From contig CAWKPH010000001.1 of assembly GCA_963851445.1 (NCBI GenBank), positions 297,363 to 361,362 on the forward strand: a stretch of DNA of 64,000 bases. Reading direction: 5' to 3'. The DNA is from an uncultured bacterium (lineage in GTDB: Bacteria; Patescibacteriota; Minisyncoccia; Phycocordibacterales; Phycocordibacteraceae). This document shows positions 59,416 through 64,000 of the stretch, one piece after another (position 1 is the first letter of the stretch; each line of letters opens with the position of its first letter). The position numbers were made by a program, and so were the translations under genes. The notes below the pieces were generated by a model. That model saw nothing but the letters and a program-made list of their open reading frames with translations. It was not told the DNA's origin and ran no database searches.

Positions 59416-60216
59416 ATGGATCCAACATTTAAGGAAAACTTCATACGCGGGAACCGACCAGTCCGTATTGCCTTAGTAGCAACGCTCGGAATGCTTACGC
59501 TCTACCTACTCGTCCAAACTATTGACGGTCTTCATAACTGGGGGCATGAAGATACTAACCCACCAAACACCATTACGGTTACGGGGCAGGGCACTGCTAC
59601 AGCAATTCCTGACACTGCTACAATTTCGTTTACCGTAACGGGAACGGCAAATGACGTTGCGACGGCAGAGTCGCAGATGACTACTACCGTGAATGCTGCA
59701 CTTGCTGCAATAAAAGCACAGGGCGTGTCTTCAAGCGATGTCACCACGACCTCATACAACGTCTCCCCGCATTACAGTAGCCCCGTTTGCCCCCCAGGAC
59801 TTTTCTGCCCTGCAACAACCGGAAATGCATCAGGATATGACGTTTCCGAATCAGTGCAAGTGAATATTCACGACACCACCAAGGTTGCAGCAATTCTTGC
59901 CGGACTTGCCTCAGCAAATGTAACGAACGTGACTGGTCCGGATTTTGTAGTGGCTGATCCAACGATGGTTCAGGGTGAGGCGCGTGCACAGGCAATCCAG
60001 AAGGCGCAAGCTGATGCACAGCTCCTTGCTTCGCAGCTCGGTGTCCATCTTGGCCCCATTACTGATTTTCAAGATAATTCAAATGGGACAAATCCACCCA
60101 CACCAGTATTTAGTGCGTCGAGCGCTGTAGCACCTGAAGCTGCCTCAGCACCCTCTGTACCCGTAGGAAATAATACCTATACAGATAACGTTTCGATCAC
60201 CTACGAAATTAATTAG
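59416..60216 (+). CDS. SIMPL (DUF541) domain protein
   Basis: TITVTGQG....PDTA and 'AR..AI..A...A..LA..LGV.LG'. Confidence 0.88.
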   Translation: MDPTFKENFIRGNRPVRIALVATLGMLTLYLLVQTIDGLHNWGHEDTNPPNTITVTGQGTATAIPDTATISFTVTGTANDVATAESQMTTTVNAALAAIKAQGVSSSDVTTTSYNVSPHYSSPVCPPGLFCPATTGNASGYDVSESVQVNIHDTTKVAAILAGLASANVTNVTGPDFVVADPTMVQGEARAQAIQKAQADAQLLASQLGVHLGPITDFQDNSNGTNPPTPVFSASSAVAPEAASAPSVPVGNNTYTDNVSITYEIN

Positions 60217-60356
60217 ATAATAGGAATAAAGGCCTAGCGAAGGGTGTAATGCGAAGCAGAGTTGACAGAGGTCCTTTTTAATTATATAGATATAAACAGC
60301 TACTCGGATTTCGATCCGTTTGTTCTCACCGTATAGCGAAGAAGAAAGGGAGCGTC

Positions 60357-60887
60357 ATGCTCATCTTGCAGATAGTGTTTTCGATTGTCGTACTGCTGGC
60401 GGCGTTCGCGGGAGGCGTGCTGTTCGATTGGTATGTCCCCTTCCCGCGCATGCTATTCCATGACAAGGGTCATCGGGTTTTTCTCGTGGCCGACGAGACT
60501 GTCTCGGTGATCCTCATCGACCTGATCTACAGGTACGGAGGTCTCAAGCCCATCATGGAAATCAACTCCGGTGGCACACACCAGACCTTGCTGTCTGATG
60601 GCGTCACTGTCATCATGTGGGTCGATAAGGGCGTGAATATCAGCAACGGCGGCTTCACGTTCGTCAACAACAATATCCGTGAGCGCCACTATGCCATGCA
60701 GGAGCTGTGCGACAAACTCAAAGCTCTCGGCCACGACGTTACGGTCAGTCAGCCCGACGATAGCTTGCCAGGCGGAATCCTACTACTAGCTTCATCGCCC
60801 ACGGCTTTCCTTGGCGACGACGTCGGCTTCCGACCGGATCTACGGATGATGAAGAAGATGAATCCCGACGCTGCTCACGTCCTTTAA
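60357..60887 (+). CDS. Hypothetical membrane-anchored protein
   Basis: TTGACA promoter at 60263, GGGAG SD, GC3-rich, hairpin downstream. Confidence 0.65.
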   Translation: MLILQIVFSIVVLLAAFAGGVLFDWYVPFPRMLFHDKGHRVFLVADETVSVILIDLIYRYGGLKPIMEINSGGTHQTLLSDGVTVIMWVDKGVNISNGGFTFVNNNIRERHYAMQELCDKLKALGHDVTVSQPDDSLPGGILLLASSPTAFLGDDVGFRPDLRMMKKMNPDAAHVL

Positions 60888-61109
60888 CAACGTTCAGAGC
60901 GCATGTTTTACAGGGTGGGGACTTCGGTTCTCACTCTTTTTCTTTACATATAAGTTCTAAGGTTCTTTATCAAGTAGAGCAAAGTTGGTTGACACCCACA
61001 GGCCCCCGTACTATTATAGAAATATCAAAAGGCCTGCGGGCCTTTTAAAAATGGCGATTTTGTTCACTTCCTAATCTTTCGAACGCATTAATCCCTAGCC
61101 GAACTAGAT

Positions 61110-61301
61110 ATGAACGCACTCATTAGTTACATCCGGGGTGTTCGTGCAGAAATCCCACACATCGTTTGGCCAAGCAGACGGCGCGCGATTGCGGACGTTA
61201 TTGCGGTTGTTTTGATCTCCGCTATAGCGGCTGCGGTTATCGGCGGGCTCGATTATATCTTCACAGGAGCAGTCAATTACTTCATCAGCAACCAGCCATA
61301 G
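61110..61301 (+). CDS. secE: Preprotein translocase SecE
   Basis: 'VRAEIPHIVWPSRR', TM, 'LD'; upstream of nusG. Confidence 0.92.
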   Translation: MNALISYIRGVRAEIPHIVWPSRRRAIADVIAVVLISAIAAAVIGGLDYIFTGAVNYFISNQP

Positions 61302-61353
61302 TTTTTATTACCATCACACTTACTATCAGTGTTCTTTATTATTCTCTTTACCT

Positions 61354-61923
61354 ATGGAACTTCGAACCACTCCTGAATTTAGTGACGATGCAGCAAGTCC
61401 CGAGCCGCATTGGTATACCATCCACACCTATGCGGGGTATGAGAATGCCGTTGAACGTAACTTGAAGCAGCGTATCGAATCGCTCGGCATGGAAAACAAA
61501 ATCTTCGAGGTCGTCGTACCGACCGAAAAGAAAATCCGTGTCAAAGGCGGCAAGCGCATTGTCGAAGAAGAAAAAATTTATCCAGGATACATACTTGTTC
61601 GAATGATCGTAGACGAGGATTCATGGTTTGTCGTGCGTAATACACCGCGTGTAACAGGGTTCGTCGGTTCAGGTGTCACACCTGTCCCAATGGAAGATTC
61701 CGAAGTCTCTACGCTTATGAAGCGCATGGGTGCAGAAGCACCAAAACATCGTATCGATCTCGTAAAAGATGACCCTGTCATAATTGCAGATGGACCTTTC
61801 AAGGATCTTGAGGGCAAGGTAGGTGAAATCGATGAAGAACGCGGAAAGGTGAAAGTGCTCGTCGCGATGTTCGGTCGTGAGACTCCCGTTGAACTCGATT
61901 TCTTGCAGATACGAAAAATGTAG
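61354..61923 (+). CDS. nusG: Transcription factor NusG
   Basis: WYTIHTYAGYE, YPGY, VRNTPRVTGF, DGPF, FGRETPVEL. Confidence 0.97.
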   Translation: MELRTTPEFSDDAASPEPHWYTIHTYAGYENAVERNLKQRIESLGMENKIFEVVVPTEKKIRVKGGKRIVEEEKIYPGYILVRMIVDEDSWFVVRNTPRVTGFVGSGVTPVPMEDSEVSTLMKRMGAEAPKHRIDLVKDDPVIIADGPFKDLEGKVGEIDEERGKVKVLVAMFGRETPVELDFLQIRKM

Positions 61924-61949
61924 CGTAAAGTCGAAATACTAGAGGATAT

Positions 61950-62369
61950 ATGGCAAAAGCAGTAAAGAAAATCAAACTCCAGATCCCCGCAGGGAAAGCG
62001 ACGCCAGCGCCGCCGATTGGTACTGTGCTCGGTCCTGCAGGTGTGAACATTGGTGACTTCGTAAATAAATTCAACGAGGCAACGCGCGACAGGATGGGAT
62101 CAATTATCCCTGTCGATATGACCGTGTATGATGATCGCAGCTTCACTTTTGTGCTCAAGACTCCACCAACACCACGACTCATTCTCAAGGCTATCAATCA
62201 GGAAAAAGGCTCGGGCAAGGCTTCCACAAAGAAAGCAGGAACCATGACAAAGGATCAGGTAAAAGCCATTGCTGAGGAGAAAATGGTAGATATGAATGCT
62301 GGTTCGCTTGAAGCGGCAATGCGCATGGTTGAAGGAAGCGCACGTTCGATGGGCGTTGAAATCAAATAA
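61950..62369 (+). CDS. rplK: 50S ribosomal protein L11
   Basis: [24 protein letters not shown]. Confidence 0.97.
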   Translation: MAKAVKKIKLQIPAGKATPAPPIGTVLGPAGVNIGDFVNKFNEATRDRMGSIIPVDMTVYDDRSFTFVLKTPPTPRLILKAINQEKGSGKASTKKAGTMTKDQVKAIAEEKMVDMNAGSLEAAMRMVEGSARSMGVEIK

Positions 62370-62414
62370 ACAAAAGAGCGAGCGGACAGCTCGCTTTTTT
62401 GTTCGAGAGCGCAT

Positions 62415-63158
62415 ATGCAAGTAACTCCCTATAAACTTCGGCACATACTACCTCCCAAAGACGATCTTAAAGCGGCTATTCGTGAATCGAAGCTCTCCCT
62501 TAAGGAGGGCGACATTGTCGCAATATCTTCAAAGGTTGTGAGTATTGGTGAGGGTCGAACCGTTCCTGTCAAAGGAACTGACAAGGAAAGTCTTATGAAG
62601 AGCGAGGCTGACTGGTATTTCAAGGCGGGAAAGAATTCAAGATATCGACGCTATTTTACGATCGCACGTGGCGTGATGATCGGTTCTGCAGGAATCGATG
62701 AGAGTAACGGCTCCGAACACTACGTCCTCTATCCCAAGGACCCCTTCAAGAGCGCACGACAATTACGCCTCTGGCTCCAGAAGGAATACAGGATAAAGGA
62801 GCTTACGGTCGTAATCACTGACTCAACAAGTCTTGTTATGCGTCGCGGCGCAATCGGCTTCGCGTTGTCGTGGGACAATCTTGATCCTCTACGTGATTAC
62901 CGCGGGACCAAGGATTTATTTGGAAGAGTAATTCAAGTAGAGATGGCAAACATAGCCGACTCGCTCGCAGTGACAGCCGTGCTTGTTATGGGAGAAGGAA
63001 ACGAGCAAACTCCCATTGCGGTCATACGTGGAGCAGAAAATATTGTCCGTAAGAACCGATCGCCAAAGAAAGATAGATTCATCCTACCCCCAGACGATGA
63101 CGTCTTTGCGTTGTTCTTCTGGCGCAAGGGTTGGAAGAAAGGGAAAGGAGGGAAATAA
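62415..63158 (+). CDS. CofE-like gamma-glutamyl ligase
   Basis: GDIVAISSKVVS..EGR, AGIDESN, ITDS, DLFGR, D.LA..A...MGE..E.TP. Confidence 0.85.
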   Translation: MQVTPYKLRHILPPKDDLKAAIRESKLSLKEGDIVAISSKVVSIGEGRTVPVKGTDKESLMKSEADWYFKAGKNSRYRRYFTIARGVMIGSAGIDESNGSEHYVLYPKDPFKSARQLRLWLQKEYRIKELTVVITDSTSLVMRRGAIGFALSWDNLDPLRDYRGTKDLFGRVIQVEMANIADSLAVTAVLVMGEGNEQTPIAVIRGAENIVRKNRSPKKDRFILPPDDDVFALFFWRKGWKKGKGGK

Positions 63159-63164
63159 GAAGTC

Positions 63165-63386
63165 CTAGTGGATACTAGGACTTAAAGATTCAGCGCGGCT
63201 CTCCTTTTGAACCTTTCGAATCCAAAGGTAACCGAACACAACAAGTAGGATGTCGAAGATTCCAAATACGATGCAGCCGATGATGTACAGCGGAGTGTGA
63301 GGGAAGAAAACATTCGACACGAGCGCAGTAATAAGTGCGAGTAACGAGCCGACGACGAGAAAGATAAATAGGATGACCTTGTCCAT
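63165..63386 (-). CDS. Small two-TM membrane protein
   Basis: GGAG SD and two hydrophobic helices. Confidence 0.55.
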   Translation of the reverse strand: MDKVILFIFLVVGSLLALITALVSNVFFPHTPLYIIGCIVFGIFDILLVVFGYLWIRKVQKESRAESLSPSIH

Positions 63387-63508
63387 CTCCCATCTCCTGC
63401 AGATCTGTTGTCTGCCTCACCACATGATGGAGGAACGCTACTCTTTCTCATAACGCCCGTAGTGCATATCTTTAGGCTACTTGTCTTAAGTGAACTTAAG
63501 CTTCAAGC

Positions 63509-64000
63509 TCAGTCGCGTTCAAGATTAATCCAGTGATACGTAATACCGTTCCATTCGTGATCTTCTTTAGAAATCTCTTTTGTGAATAGATTTTCATATG
63601 CAGGGAAATAGCTATCGCCCTCCTTGTCGTCATCAATAAGTGTGAGATAGAGACGATCAGTAAAGGGAAGCGCTTGTTCATATATCTGAGCACCACCACC
63701 AATGAATATTTCTTCAGAGTCAAGTGCCTTAGCTTGTATCAAGGCTTCTTCTAACGAGTGAGTTACCAGAACATCAGGGTAAGACCAATTTACATCACGT
63801 GTAATGACCATGTTTGTACGTCCGGGAAGTGCTTTACCAAGTATTGATACGATCGACTCGAATGTCTTTCTTCCGAGGATTATAGGATGTCCAAGAGTGA
63901 GTGCTTTGAAGCGCTTAAGATCATCGGGTATATGCCAAAGAAGGCCATTACCTTCGCCAATTACACGAGGATGCTGTGCGCTATTTCCGATAGCGACCAC
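63509..64000 (-). CDS. folA: Dihydrofolate reductase, 5'-partial
   Basis: LLWHIPDDLKRFK, GRKTFESI, LPGRTN, IGGGAQIY, GDSYFP. Confidence 0.95.
   Translation of the reverse strand: MVAIGNSAQHPRVIGEGNGLLWHIPDDLKRFKALTLGHPIILGRKTFESIVSILGKALPGRTNMVITRDVNWSYPDVLVTHSLEEALIQAKALDSEEIFIGGGAQIYEQALPFTDRLYLTLIDDDKEGDSYFPAYENLFTKEISKEDHEWNGITYHWINLERD

Overview
64 kb of a small-genome Patescibacteria (CPR, Parcubacteria-like) chromosome spanning the replication origin (rpmH-dnaA-oriC-dnaN). It carries housekeeping genes (yidC, rnpA, PBP1A, ruvABC, polA, murE, rpsT, rplS, uppS, secE-nusG-rplK, folA), type IV pilus genes, eight tRNAs, a cobalamin riboswitch with B12-salvage genes and a tRNA-His island. 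Two non-obvious systems stand out. (1) At 32.5-33.5 kb a GC-rich, truncated RAMP/Cas7-like gene is followed by a non-coding array of ~80-105 nt units. Each unit is a tract with strict 5-nt periodicity (N-S-Y-N-N) closed by a GC hairpin. This is a candidate non-CRISPR guide-RNA array, VIPR-like but with a relaxed motif. (2) At 44.5-54.1 kb a large serine recombinase sits at the tRNA-His 3' end, followed by four dispersed att-like repeats. Each repeat encodes the same orphan C-terminal peptide, and the repeats separate integrase-less cargo blocks, giving an integron-like tandem cassette array. Also seen: a shared TGCAA-N5-TTGCA palindrome defining a probable Zur/Fur regulon, a 6S-like RNA and widespread leaderless gene starts. 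Frameshifts in dnaA, polA and one island gene are most likely sequencing indels. All assignments are by eye from sequence and motif recall; no searches were run.
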